DNA of 64,000 nt, taken from Alphaproteobacteria bacterium (GTDB lineage Bacteria > Pseudomonadota > Alphaproteobacteria > CACZRW01). Under the pieces are notes generated by a model. It was given only the letters and a program-made list of their open reading frames with translations, was not told the DNA's origin and made no database searches. The stretch lies in contig JAFWAG010000032.1 of assembly GCA_017507765.1 (NCBI GenBank), positions 20,919 to 84,918 on the forward strand. Reading direction: 5' to 3'. The stretch's first letter is position 1. Each line of letters begins with the position of its first letter. This document shows positions 8,641 to 18,405 of this stretch, piece after piece. Both the position numbers and the translations under genes were made by a program.

Positions 8641-9537
8641 CTATATGTTGGCGGAACGTCCAATGCTGCTTTTAATGGCTATTTGCTGTAAAGCTCCTTC
8701 GGAATAACCGGAAACTGCGGTTTTATCGCCTTTACCTTTACCACCGCCGATTACCGAAGAGTCTTTGGGAATATAAACTTTACCCGAAGCAACCGGAACA
8801 TAAAGCTTGCGAAGCTTGCAACCATACGGCTGAGAAGTTATCTGCATATCCAAAAACTTATGCAAATCTTCATGATAAGGGTGCGTTTGAATCAGTAAAA
8901 GATTGGAAAAATCATTAGTACCGGAATAGTCAAAAGGTATTTTTAAATGAACGTCAAAGTTTTCCGGAGCCTTACCTCTTTTTAAACTTCTGAGGCCGTT
9001 TTCATCAATGCCTGCCGCCAAGATATCCTGTTCGTTATAATAAGCGATATAGCGCAAGAAATCACGCCTTGCACGCTTGAAAGCTCTGCGCAATTCTCCA
9101 CGGGTGTTAACGTCAACAGGGTTTATTTCTACCTCTACCAACGACATACCGGGAAGATTAAACTGGGATAGCTGCCATTCCCAAATGCCGGCGTCTCCGC
9201 TTGGCTCGACAACAGAAAAAGCCGCATAATTGCTTTCCTTGACCGGATTGTTATCCGGCTCGGAAGGCGCAACCGTAGCACCGGCAGATAGCTCATTCAA
9301 AGTCCACGGAGCTTCGGATTTTTCATTGTTATGAACCGGTATCTGAGGAGGAATCCCATACATTGAAGCCTCTACTCTATCTTTGGGATCGCCGTAATTG
9401 ATAATGCGAGGATCACGGCGATAACCATGATGAACAGGACGAAAAGAAGGTGTGATGCCCTGTTCCAGAGCTTCTTCAGCCTCTGCATCCCGGCCTCTTG
9501 ACGGAGGCGGATTTTTTGAACCAGACCAATCCCACAT
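8641..9537 (-). CDS. Hypothetical cytoplasmic protein with a zincin-like HExxH motif (candidate toxin/effector)
   Basis: 298 aa; no signal peptide; motif LLIQTHPYHEDLHKFLD (bxHEbxHxb pattern); immediately follows virD4 and is followed 8 bp later by the SUKH-like gene. Confidence 0.4.
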   Translation of the reverse strand: MWDWSGSKNPPPSRGRDAEAEEALEQGITPSFRPVHHGYRRDPRIINYGDPKDRVEASMYGIPPQIPVHNNEKSEAPWTLNELSAGATVAPSEPDNNPVKESNYAAFSVVEPSGDAGIWEWQLSQFNLPGMSLVEVEINPVDVNTRGELRRAFKRARRDFLRYIAYYNEQDILAAGIDENGLRSLKRGKAPENFDVHLKIPFDYSGTNDFSNLLLIQTHPYHEDLHKFLDMQITSQPYGCKLRKLYVPVASGKVYIPKDSSVIGGGKGKGDKTAVSGYSEGALQQIAIKSSIGRSANI

Positions 9538-9645
9538 TCTTTCTGCTTGCCTTTCCTTTTTCTTACAAACTTAAATATACCAAAAAATCAGCTTTAAAGA
9601 CACATTTTTTTGCTTTATTTCCGTTTTTTAAAGCTTTCTTTATTC

Positions 9646-11847
9646 CTATTCGTCTTCATCATCGTCATCACTGTCAACAATCTCCAACTTCAAGTCTTTT
9701 TCCAAAACCATAAGCTGAGAAAGAATGCTGCTGTCGGTATCTTCACGCTGAGCAACTATCCAATACGGAACATTCGGTGCGGGAGGAAGCGAACATTTCT
9801 TAACCATACTTTTATCCAAGAACCAACGGGGAGATTCCGCTCTAATCGGGAACATCAAGAATCCTTGCATCAAAACAATTTGCTGAGTGGCAGGCAAGCT
9901 TAACATTTCCGACGCCGTGATAACCGAGGTACCTTGGATACCGCGTGTTACGTTCGATGCAAACGGCGTAACGTTTCTCGACCAACCTTCCGTCCGTGAA
10001 GAAGATAAGCTTTCAACCGTTCTGGTACCTATCATCGTTTCAAAACGTTTGGCAGTCTGTTCGTTGTTCTGAGCCAAAATTACTTTCGCCGCCGTGGTGG
10101 TGATAATCGTTTCCAAGTCATCTTTACCATACTGACCAGAAATCTGACCCAAATCTTGGCCGATAAGCAGATAAGAAACCTTCTGACCTCGGCCAACCGC
10201 AGGGCCGTCTTTAACCGCTGCAAGCTTTGGCATTTGCGGGAACTCGTCCAGAACAAACAAAACCGGATACGGGCCAACGGTTTTGCCGTCCGGTCTTACC
10301 ATGTTCGGAGTGTTCGCAATCAAATATCCGGACATCAATTCCACAAAAATACCCGTAATCAAGCTTAATGCCCGAGCATCAACCTGATTAACGCTTAAAT
10401 AAACGGCAATCGGGTTCATTTCTCCGGTAATCGGGTCCTTCATGCCTCGCAAATCCGCAAACGTAAAGTCACTGTTCTTGGTACGGGCGCGAACCGCAGA
10501 GTTTTTAAAGATACCAATACCGGTTAAGCCGGTCGACAAAATAGAACCTCTTTCCTTATCCGGAGTACCCGCTAACTGGCTTAATTCAACTACGCAACGG
10601 TGGGCATAACCAAACTTTCTGGCTTCCGCAACTGCGGCATCAAGCATATCCCTCATCGGGTCAGCCAACATAGCCATCTGGTCGCCTTCGTCAACACGGC
10701 GTTTGATATCCGCCGCAATCTTCATTTGAGCTTCCGTCAACCAATCCAAAATCAACGCAATACAAGGTTCTGCGCCAACCCAGTATTCCGGCAAACCTTC
10801 CCAAGTGCCAATCGGAACATAGTTTTCAAGCGTAAGCATACCTTCACGAAGGCGTTGCAAAGCCGTAGCCGCATCAACATCAACCATATCCAAATAGTAG
10901 GTTTCCAAAACTTTGGCGTCTTCGTCGTCAAAGGTTTCTTCGTAAAGACGAGAAATAAAGTAGTCGTTGGCACGAGCTTTTTCACACTTGCTACAAATAA
11001 AGTGCAAGAATCCGGCTAAGGCGTTACGACCGGTTTTATACCAGTGCGGATCCGCACCACCTTTGGCTTCTTCAACCAAAACCGCAACCATACTGTCGAT
11101 ATACATATCACGTCCGGGACCAGGCGCAGGAATACAAACCGCAGATAACGGGTTCCAGTTCGGATAGAAAACACCTTGGGCAGGGTCATCTTCCGCGCCC
11201 CAGTTAATGATAAAGACAGGTCCCATGGTCTGACGATAACCGCTGGTCTTAAAACATAATTCCGGCTTCGGGTCGTTTACAATGATACTTAAACCATGAG
11301 ATTCCAAAATTGTCGGGATAACCACCGCAACCGTTTTACCGGTTCCCGGAGGCGCAACAACCAAAGCCGAAAGAGTTTCCGGAAGCTTTAAAAGTTTACC
11401 TTTAAAGCGGCCTAAAACAATAATGAAACCGCTGAAAAGCTTCATCTTTCGGACGTCCATATAGGTTGCTATACGGCCGGAACCGTGCAAGGTGGACATA
11501 AACTCATGCGGGTTGGTAATTACACCGATAAAGACAATCATAAAGAACAGGAAAAACGGGAAAGACGGCAGATAAAGTGCGAGTTTAAAGTCTCCTTTAT
11601 AGTCCAAATACTGACGGAACCAGTTACCGTAAGTCGTTAACAAATGACCGGGGTTGTCCACCAAAACCCCAAGGTAACGTCCAACATAAGAAAAGTTATC
11701 CGCACTTAGACCGTAACCGACCAAATAACTTAACGGGAAAATAAAAATCGCCAAGATAAAGGACGCAACCAAAGCAATCAAAAAGGTAAAAACAACCCAC
11801 GTGACAGCCTTGTCATATTGAGCCCATTCTTCTCCTCTTCTAAGCAT
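9646..11847 (-). CDS. virD4: Type IV secretion coupling protein VirD4/TraG (RvhD4-like)
   Basis: 733 aa; two N-terminal TM helices; Walker A VVAPPGTGKTVAVVIPT; IIVNDPKPEL (VirD4 'DpKgE' motif); Walker B-like LFVLDEFPQMP; acidic C-terminal tail DSDDDDEDE. Confidence 0.85.
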   Translation of the reverse strand: MLRRGEEWAQYDKAVTWVVFTFLIALVASFILAIFIFPLSYLVGYGLSADNFSYVGRYLGVLVDNPGHLLTTYGNWFRQYLDYKGDFKLALYLPSFPFFLFFMIVFIGVITNPHEFMSTLHGSGRIATYMDVRKMKLFSGFIIVLGRFKGKLLKLPETLSALVVAPPGTGKTVAVVIPTILESHGLSIIVNDPKPELCFKTSGYRQTMGPVFIINWGAEDDPAQGVFYPNWNPLSAVCIPAPGPGRDMYIDSMVAVLVEEAKGGADPHWYKTGRNALAGFLHFICSKCEKARANDYFISRLYEETFDDEDAKVLETYYLDMVDVDAATALQRLREGMLTLENYVPIGTWEGLPEYWVGAEPCIALILDWLTEAQMKIAADIKRRVDEGDQMAMLADPMRDMLDAAVAEARKFGYAHRCVVELSQLAGTPDKERGSILSTGLTGIGIFKNSAVRARTKNSDFTFADLRGMKDPITGEMNPIAVYLSVNQVDARALSLITGIFVELMSGYLIANTPNMVRPDGKTVGPYPVLFVLDEFPQMPKLAAVKDGPAVGRGQKVSYLLIGQDLGQISGQYGKDDLETIITTTAAKVILAQNNEQTAKRFETMIGTRTVESLSSSRTEGWSRNVTPFASNVTRGIQGTSVITASEMLSLPATQQIVLMQGFLMFPIRAESPRWFLDKSMVKKCSLPPAPNVPYWIVAQREDTDSSILSQLMVLEKDLKLEIVDSDDDDEDE

Positions 11848-11856
11848 TCCGCACCT

Positions 11857-13140
11857 CTATCCTTTTAACGCTTTTTCACATTCGGTTACAAAACCGGACG
11901 ATGTTTCTTTTTCCGCTTTCTGAACTACGTCTTGGAAAATCGGCAAGGAAACCGGTCCACCGGTACCAAAACGACATACAGAAACATTCATGTCTTCCCA
12001 AATATCCATCATATCAACGGCATTGATAACTTTGCTGTCTTCAATAATCAGAATATTATCCGCTTCATAGGCATCATCAAGCCCAAGTTTTTCTTTTACG
12101 CCTCCGGCAATGTCAAGCAATCTGCGAACCGGAGAAACCCGATGGCTGGTTTCGGAAAACCATAACGGGTCTTCATCATTAAAGCGCTCTTCATCAGCCA
12201 ACCAATCACCTGCAACATTATCAATAACCGCCGTTAAAATCCGGTCGCCGGAAATGCCCACAAAATCAACCTTAATATCATTTACTCGGACGTCTTTAAT
12301 CAGGGCAAAACCGTTTCTTTCAATCGCCATTTCTATGCCTCGGATACCTTCATCACGCATACGCTTTTGGTCTTCCGGACTGACTTCCGGAGCCGGAGGT
12401 GGAGGTTCATCATCATATTCCCAAGGCGGGGCTTCTTCTCTGCGGCGCTGTTCAAACTCTTCTTCGGCGGAAAGCTGTGCCGATTTGACTGCCGGAACCG
12501 CTGCGGTTTCTTCACCAGAGGGCATTTTTAAATGTTTTAAGAAACTGTCACGGTCAAAAATATCGTCGTCATCATCATTATCAATTTCGTCTCTGGTAGG
12601 AATATATTCGGCATTTTTGGTTTTATTACTGCTTTTTTTGCCGGAAAGAACGTCCATACGGTCACGGATTTTGGCGTCATCTTTACTGTCTTTGCGAGAC
12701 TTTTTCTTTTTGGGCTTAGCTCTGGCGTTGGAAGAAATGACATAACTTAACGCAGGGGGTCTGACTTTACGATAGGATTTCTTGCGAGTTATCACCAAAA
12801 CTCTTTTTTTCAAATGCCGACGGTGGAACTTTTCCAACATAGACATCGGGTAATGCAAAAGCTTGAAAAACTTTTCTCCCCATGGGTATCTGGCCAACAA
12901 AAGCCACCCCAAAAGCCAAAACGGAAGGAAAAGGAAAATAGCAAGGAAAAAGAACCATTCACTCGGCGTGTCAATAACCCAACCGTCTCTCCACATCTGC
13001 CACAAAAAGCTCCAATGCTTCATAAACGCCGGATCAAAGCCCCAAATACCATAAACGAAGGAACGGAACAAAGTCGCAAAAACAATGCTCCATACAGTGC
13101 CTACAACTATGAACCTTACGGCAAGATTCAAATACTTCAA
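11857..13140 (-). CDS. Hypothetical membrane protein co-transcribed with virD4 (N-terminal TM helices, Lys-rich then acidic linker, C-terminal possible NERD/restriction-endonuclease-like fold)
   Basis: 427 aa; 10 bp upstream of virD4 on the same strand; TM segments IVVGTVWSIVFATLF and FFFLAIFLFLPFWLLGWLLL; C-terminal GFALIKDVRVNDIKVDFVGISGDRILTAVIDNVAGDW weakly resembles NERD. Confidence 0.5.
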   Translation of the reverse strand: MKYLNLAVRFIVVGTVWSIVFATLFRSFVYGIWGFDPAFMKHWSFLWQMWRDGWVIDTPSEWFFFLAIFLFLPFWLLGWLLLARYPWGEKFFKLLHYPMSMLEKFHRRHLKKRVLVITRKKSYRKVRPPALSYVISSNARAKPKKKKSRKDSKDDAKIRDRMDVLSGKKSSNKTKNAEYIPTRDEIDNDDDDDIFDRDSFLKHLKMPSGEETAAVPAVKSAQLSAEEEFEQRRREEAPPWEYDDEPPPPAPEVSPEDQKRMRDEGIRGIEMAIERNGFALIKDVRVNDIKVDFVGISGDRILTAVIDNVAGDWLADEERFNDEDPLWFSETSHRVSPVRRLLDIAGGVKEKLGLDDAYEADNILIIEDSKVINAVDMMDIWEDMNVSVCRFGTGGPVSLPIFQDVVQKAEKETSSGFVTECEKALKG

Positions 13141-13380
13141 TATTACCCCCGTCTTTCGTACGATTTGGCGCTGTTCTTTTTTTTAAACCTTAATCGTATA
13201 GAAAATGTTAATAACCCCTGCCTTTTATTTTATCGGGTGCGACTTCCTTAAAACTATGGAACCCCTATTTTCTTTGCTCCTATCTTTTCCCCAAAAAGCT
13301 AATTATTTTAAGAAATACACTCCCCCTTATCGGAGAAATATTAGAAAGATTTTTTGGTTTTGTCAACATTTATTGAAAGC

Positions 13381-13412
13381 AAAAGCCCCACCGTAAACGA
13401 CAGGGCTTTTTT
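13381..13412 (-). terminator. Putative rho-independent terminator downstream of the FadL-like gene
   Basis: AAAAGCCC...(14-nt loop)...GGGCTTTT; the reverse complement also gives a hairpin followed by TTTTGCTTT. Confidence 0.35.
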
Positions 13413-13435
13413 AGGGCTACTTTTTCTAAGAAAAC

Positions 13436-14674
13436 TTAGAAATTATACTGCATCTGCAAACCAAGCAAGTTTACTTCAGATTTGTAAACTGCCGTCAAAC
13501 GGTCTTGGAAAGCTCCGTTTTCATACAGGTTGTTAATATTGGCGTTATCCATAAAGATATGCATATAACCAACATCAATAAGCAAGTTATCGGTAACTTT
13601 ATAGCTGGCTCCGATGCTTAACAAATAACGGTAGCTGTCCGGAATACGAGCCGTACGGAACTCTGCGCTGCTAATCACGCTGTTATCATAGCCCCAACCG
13701 GCACGAAGAGTCAGCTTGTCGGTAGCAAAGTAATCAACACCAACACCAAAGTACCAAGTATCCTGCCACTTTTCCGGCGTATAGCTTATGCTGGCATTGG
13801 TCTGGTCGTCTTTAATATTAAGTTCTTGGAAACGCTTCCAATGAGTCCATTTGACGGTACCGGAAACGGCAAACTTATCATTTATCTTATGATAACCGCT
13901 TAAAAGAGCATATTCCGGTAAATCAACATTGGCATGAATATCTTTGATGCCATACGGATTATAGAAATGTCCTTCCAACTGATGCCGGATAACGGAACGA
14001 TAGCTTAAACCAAGACGAGTGTCGGGAGTAAACTCGTACATAAGTCCTAAGTTATAGCCGTATCCCCAATCATCACCTTTGACCATAGCGTAGCGGTCAG
14101 GGTCAGGAACAACCGGAATACCTTGGCTTAAACGAGCGCTTGCTTTTTCAATAACTACTCCGGCACCCAAAGTAAGATTGTCGGTTACCTTATAGGAAAT
14201 AGACGGGTTGACTTTAAGAGTTTCCAAACGGGAATCCAAAGCATGGTTGCGACCAAACCAATCGTTAGCATATTCCGTGCTTAACCCGTAATCAGAGAAA
14301 AAGCCGATACCAAGATTGATTTTATCGTTATAACGATGAATTAAAAAGGCGTTCGGGACTATTGCGGTGATATTAGGATCCGTAGAACCGGAAACCGAAC
14401 CGCCGATATTTCTTGTCGAAACGCCGTGAACTTTACTGCGAATATTGATTGCCGTAGCTCCGGCTTGTAAAACGGTGCCTTCGGTAAGGCTCATGCCGGC
14501 AGGGTTGTAAGCTATCGCCGAAGCATCATCGCCAACGATACCTGCACCACCAAAGGCTCTACCCAATGCCGTTACGCTTGATTCAGAGATTTGAAATCCG
14601 GAAGCATAAGCACTGCCGGCTTCCATAAGAACAGCCAACGCAATAACAGGGGCTACTTTTTTAAAACAAGACAT
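13436..14674 (-). CDS. Outer-membrane long-chain fatty acid/aromatic hydrocarbon transporter, FadL/OmpP1/TodX family
   Basis: 412 aa; signal peptide; N-terminal GFQISESSVTALGRAFGGAGIVGDDASAIAYNPAGM matches the FadL hatch motif; ends in aromatic residue (YNF). Confidence 0.7.
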   Translation of the reverse strand: MSCFKKVAPVIALAVLMEAGSAYASGFQISESSVTALGRAFGGAGIVGDDASAIAYNPAGMSLTEGTVLQAGATAINIRSKVHGVSTRNIGGSVSGSTDPNITAIVPNAFLIHRYNDKINLGIGFFSDYGLSTEYANDWFGRNHALDSRLETLKVNPSISYKVTDNLTLGAGVVIEKASARLSQGIPVVPDPDRYAMVKGDDWGYGYNLGLMYEFTPDTRLGLSYRSVIRHQLEGHFYNPYGIKDIHANVDLPEYALLSGYHKINDKFAVSGTVKWTHWKRFQELNIKDDQTNASISYTPEKWQDTWYFGVGVDYFATDKLTLRAGWGYDNSVISSAEFRTARIPDSYRYLLSIGASYKVTDNLLIDVGYMHIFMDNANINNLYENGAFQDRLTAVYKSEVNLLGLQMQYNF

Positions 14675-14777
14675 TTTATTTCCTTATCAAAAAATACAAA
14701 ACGCCCGTCTTTTAGCCGCAAAAAAGTAGCCTGTCAACAAAAATCACAATTTATTACAAATGTTACAAAATCTCCAT

Positions 14778-15257
14778 TTAATTGGCGTAAACAATATATC
14801 CGTTCAGGTAAGTTGCGAATAAAAGCCACGTTATATAAGGCGAAAGCAGCCATGCAGCCTTGGAAGAAAAGCGGTAAAAAACGGCAATGGTGATAATTAA
14901 AACCAAATCTAAACACAGGATATCAACAAAGCCTGCCAACGGATTTTGCAGATAAAAAAACAAAAAGCTCCACAAGCCATTCAAAAACAGCTGAACGGTG
15001 AATAAAACTCCGGCTACACGGAAAGATTCTTCTTTTCTTTCTTTCCAAGCGAACCAAAGCGCAAGACCCATCATAATATAAATGACACTCCAAACTGGAG
15101 CAAAAAGCCAATCCGGCGGATTAAACGGTGCTTTTACCAAATCAGGATACCAAAGCTTAAGTCCATCCGTCATGATAAAACTGGAAAAAAGTCCCGTTAA
15201 AACACACAAACCGACAAAAATAATTAAAGCACTTATATTCTTGTTTCTTTCGGTCAT
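14778..15257 (-). CDS. tspO: TspO/MBR family tryptophan-rich sensory protein
   Basis: 159 aa; 5 TM; LWYPDLVKAPFNPPDWLFAPVWSVIYIMMGLALW matches the TspO signature. Confidence 0.8.
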   Translation of the reverse strand: MTERNKNISALIIFVGLCVLTGLFSSFIMTDGLKLWYPDLVKAPFNPPDWLFAPVWSVIYIMMGLALWFAWKERKEESFRVAGVLFTVQLFLNGLWSFLFFYLQNPLAGFVDILCLDLVLIITIAVFYRFSSKAAWLLSPYITWLLFATYLNGYIVYAN

Positions 15258-15312
15258 CTTATCCTCCTTTATAAAAAGCTTTCCTTTTATCTTTTGTATG
15301 CGATAAGTATCG

Positions 15313-15341
15313 TTGACACAATAGATAGAAAGCTCTATTTT
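15313..15341 (+). promoter_or_regulatory. Putative sigma70-like promoter for leuS (-35 TTGACA, 17-bp spacer, -10 TATTTT)
   Basis: TTGACA at 15313-15318 and TATTTT at 15336-15341, about 45 bp upstream of the leuS ATG. Confidence 0.3.
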
Positions 15342-15384
15342 TCGGGGTTATTCTTGATTTTTATTATTTTTCAGTGGGGATAAA

Positions 15385-18303
15385 ATGGATACGGATAAAA
15401 AGGCTCCGGAATATCTTGAAGCAGCAAAGATTTTTGAAGAAAAATGGCGGAAAAATTGGGAAAAGGAGAATCTGTTTAAAACTCTTTCCCCAACAGATAA
15501 AAACTTTGATGCCGCAAAGCCGAAAAAAGTCATCTTAGACTTCTTCCCTTATCCAAGCGGATACGGTTTACATATCGGCCACCCATTGGGATATATTGCT
15601 ACCGACGTTATTTCCCGTACTTACCGAATGATGGGATACAATGTCTTGCACAGCATGGGTTTTGACTCTTTCGGTCTGCCCGCAGAACAGTATGCGATTC
15701 AAACCAACCGGCACCCCAGAGAAACTACGGCAGAAAACGTAGCAAATATTACCCGTCAGCTTAAGTTCTTAGGCTTTGACCATGACGATGATGCTCGTTT
15801 TTTAAGCTCGGAACCGGAATACTATAAATGGACACAATGGCTGTTCTTAAAACTTTACGACAGTTATTTTGATGAAGGTGAAAACTGGACGGACTCCCTT
15901 GGCAATAAAGTTAAAGGGCGGGCTAAACCAGTAGCAGACCTGCGCAAAAAGCTTAAAGACGGAGAGTGGCGGCAAAATGTCTTAGGAGAGATTGCTCCCA
16001 AAGACGATAAAAAGTTTACGAAAATCGTACCGGAAGACAAAATTGAAGAAGTTATTGACGCCAATCGTCTGGCAGTTTTGAAAAATGTTGATGTTAACTG
16101 GTGTCCGGGACTTGGAACCGTACTGGCTAACGAAGAAGTAACGGCTGACGGTCGCAGTGAACGAGGAAACTTTCCGGTTTACCGCAAGCCTTTAAAACAA
16201 TGGGTGTTGCGGATTACTTGCTATGCCGACCGTTTATATGATGACTTAAAGCTTATCGACTGGCCGCGTGGCGTAGTCGAAATACAAAGAGAATGGATTG
16301 GTCCAAGCCAAGGTGCTTTGGTTTCCTTTATCGCCGAAGACGGAAGCAAATTAAACGTATTTACCACCCGTCCGGATACTTTACCCGGAGTTACCTTTGT
16401 TGCCGTAGCTCCTGAACACCCATTGGCGGTCAAATATGCCGGCGAGGCGGCAAAGAAAATGGTTTCTTTGGCTCGCAACCGTGCTTATGACGATAAATCC
16501 GCTCATAACGGAGTCTTTACCGGACAATATGTAATGCACCCGATAACCGGTGCAAAAATACCGGTATGGGTCGGCGACTATGTGTTAAGCGGATATGGCG
16601 AAGGTGCGGTTATGGGTGTTCCGGCTCATGACCAGAGAGATTTTGAATTTGCTCACCGCTTTGACATATCTATTGTTCCGGTAATTGAACCTTCGCAGGA
16701 ATGGTTAAAAGAAAATGCTCCGGAAGGTGCAAGCGAAGATTTAAATGCTTTGTATCTGCGTGATGCCGGAAGCTTTAAAGCTTCGTATGAAGGAGACGGT
16801 AAAATCATCGCCGGATTGGCAGGAGCGGAAGAGTTTGCTTCTTTGCCAAACCGTGAAGCTTTGAAAAAGATTTGTGAAAAGTTGGAAGCTTTGGATAAAG
16901 GCTCGACGAAAAAGACTTATCGTCTGCGTGATTGGTTGTTCAGCCGCCAACGTTATTGGGGCGAACCGTTCCCCGTGGTTTATGACGTTGAAACCGGAAA
17001 AACTTATGCCTTGGAAGAAGACCAACTTCCCGTGCTTTTGCCGGAAGTTACCGACTTCCGTCCGGTTACCAGCGATGATAAAGATGCGGATCCGGTTACT
17101 CCGCTTGGCAGAGTTACCGACTGGGTAAAAGTAAAAGGTATTATCACCGAAAACGGCAAGGTTAAAATTACCGATGCCCCCAATGCCAAGGACTTTGTTC
17201 GTGATACCAATACTATGCCGAACTGGGCAGGCTCATGCTGGTATTATCTGCGCTATTTCGATCCGAATAACGATAATGCTTTTGTAAGCAAAGAAGCCGA
17301 ACAATATTGGGCAGGCAAACAAAACGGAGCTATAGACTTGTATGTCGGCGGAGCGGAACACGCAGTTTTACACCTCCTATACGCTCGGTTCTGGCATAAA
17401 GTATTTTATGACCTTGGTTTGGTTTCTACGCCGGAACCTTTCCAAAAGCTCTTTAACCAAGGAATGATTACAGCAGATGCTTTCCGTGATTCTCGAGGCT
17501 TTTATGTTGATGTCGATTTGGTGGAAGAAAAAGAAGAAAACGGTAAACGTGTTGCTTACCATAAAGAGACCGGAGAAAAGCTTTCTATTGACCCCGGTAA
17601 AATGGGTAAGCGCTATAAAAACGGTATTTCTCCGGAAGATGCGGCAATGCGTCATTCAACCGATGCTTTGCGCTGTTACATGATGTTCTTGGGACCACTT
17701 GATTCAACCAGTCCGTGGAGAGAAGCTCCAATTGTCGGAACGGAACGCTTTTTGACTTCGGTTTGGAAACTGGTTCACAGAGACGATTTGGATACAAGCG
17801 ATGCTCCGGCTGATGCCGAAAGCGAACGGTTGGTTCATAAAACTATCGAGTCGGTTACCAAAGATATTATGGCTTTGCATCTGAATACCCCGATAAGCAC
17901 AATGATGATTCTGGCTAACGCTTTAAGTCAGCAGAAAAATCCCAAAAAAGAACACGTGGAGATTTTAATCCGCTTGCTTTCGGTTTATACGCCGTTCATG
18001 GCAGAAGAAATATATGACACGGTTCCGAGCTTTACTTTGCCGGAAGGAATTAAATCAGTTGCTTTCTTACCATGGCCGAAGTGGGACGAAGCAAAAACCG
18101 CCGTAACCGAAATGAAAATAATCGTCCAGATTAACGGTAAAAAGCGTGCCGAGTTCATGATGCCGGCAGGTGCTTCGGATAAAGAAATTGAAGACGAAGC
18201 CTTAAAGCAAGATGCCGTTATCCGTCATATTGACGGCAAAGAAATCCGCCGCTTAATCCATATTCCGCAAAAGGAATGGAAAGTATTGGGAATTGTGGTT
18301 TAA
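15385..18303 (+). CDS. leuS: Leucyl-tRNA synthetase
   Basis: 972 aa; HIGH motif (PYPSGYGLHIGHPLGY); KMSKS-like (GKMGKRYKN); CP1 editing domain; anticodon-binding C-terminus. Confidence 0.9.
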   Translation: MDTDKKAPEYLEAAKIFEEKWRKNWEKENLFKTLSPTDKNFDAAKPKKVILDFFPYPSGYGLHIGHPLGYIATDVISRTYRMMGYNVLHSMGFDSFGLPAEQYAIQTNRHPRETTAENVANITRQLKFLGFDHDDDARFLSSEPEYYKWTQWLFLKLYDSYFDEGENWTDSLGNKVKGRAKPVADLRKKLKDGEWRQNVLGEIAPKDDKKFTKIVPEDKIEEVIDANRLAVLKNVDVNWCPGLGTVLANEEVTADGRSERGNFPVYRKPLKQWVLRITCYADRLYDDLKLIDWPRGVVEIQREWIGPSQGALVSFIAEDGSKLNVFTTRPDTLPGVTFVAVAPEHPLAVKYAGEAAKKMVSLARNRAYDDKSAHNGVFTGQYVMHPITGAKIPVWVGDYVLSGYGEGAVMGVPAHDQRDFEFAHRFDISIVPVIEPSQEWLKENAPEGASEDLNALYLRDAGSFKASYEGDGKIIAGLAGAEEFASLPNREALKKICEKLEALDKGSTKKTYRLRDWLFSRQRYWGEPFPVVYDVETGKTYALEEDQLPVLLPEVTDFRPVTSDDKDADPVTPLGRVTDWVKVKGIITENGKVKITDAPNAKDFVRDTNTMPNWAGSCWYYLRYFDPNNDNAFVSKEAEQYWAGKQNGAIDLYVGGAEHAVLHLLYARFWHKVFYDLGLVSTPEPFQKLFNQGMITADAFRDSRGFYVDVDLVEEKEENGKRVAYHKETGEKLSIDPGKMGKRYKNGISPEDAAMRHSTDALRCYMMFLGPLDSTSPWREAPIVGTERFLTSVWKLVHRDDLDTSDAPADAESERLVHKTIESVTKDIMALHLNTPISTMMILANALSQQKNPKKEHVEILIRLLSVYTPFMAEEIYDTVPSFTLPEGIKSVAFLPWPKWDEAKTAVTEMKIIVQINGKKRAEFMMPAGASDKEIEDEALKQDAVIRHIDGKEIRRLIHIPQKEWKVLGIVV

Positions 18304-18350
18304 ACACCGCAACTCTTTTGCTACGGATTTTAAAGAAAAATAATCCATAC

Positions 18351-18389
18351 AAAAAAGCCCCTTGCCGGATTTTGGCAGGGGGCTTTCGG
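18351..18389. terminator. Bidirectional rho-independent terminator between convergent leuS and dsbA-like genes
   Basis: AAAAAA-GCCCCTTGCC-ggatttt-GGCAGGGGGC-TTT: 10-bp stem (one G-U) flanked by an A-run and a T-run. Confidence 0.55.
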
Positions 18390-18405
18390 TTATAACGCCA
18401 GAAAA

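Noticed and set aside
12110-12745. 211-aa Ser-rich plus-strand ORF
   Set aside because: It is antisense to the acidic/Lys-rich linker of the 427-aa virD4-linked gene and is a shadow ORF.
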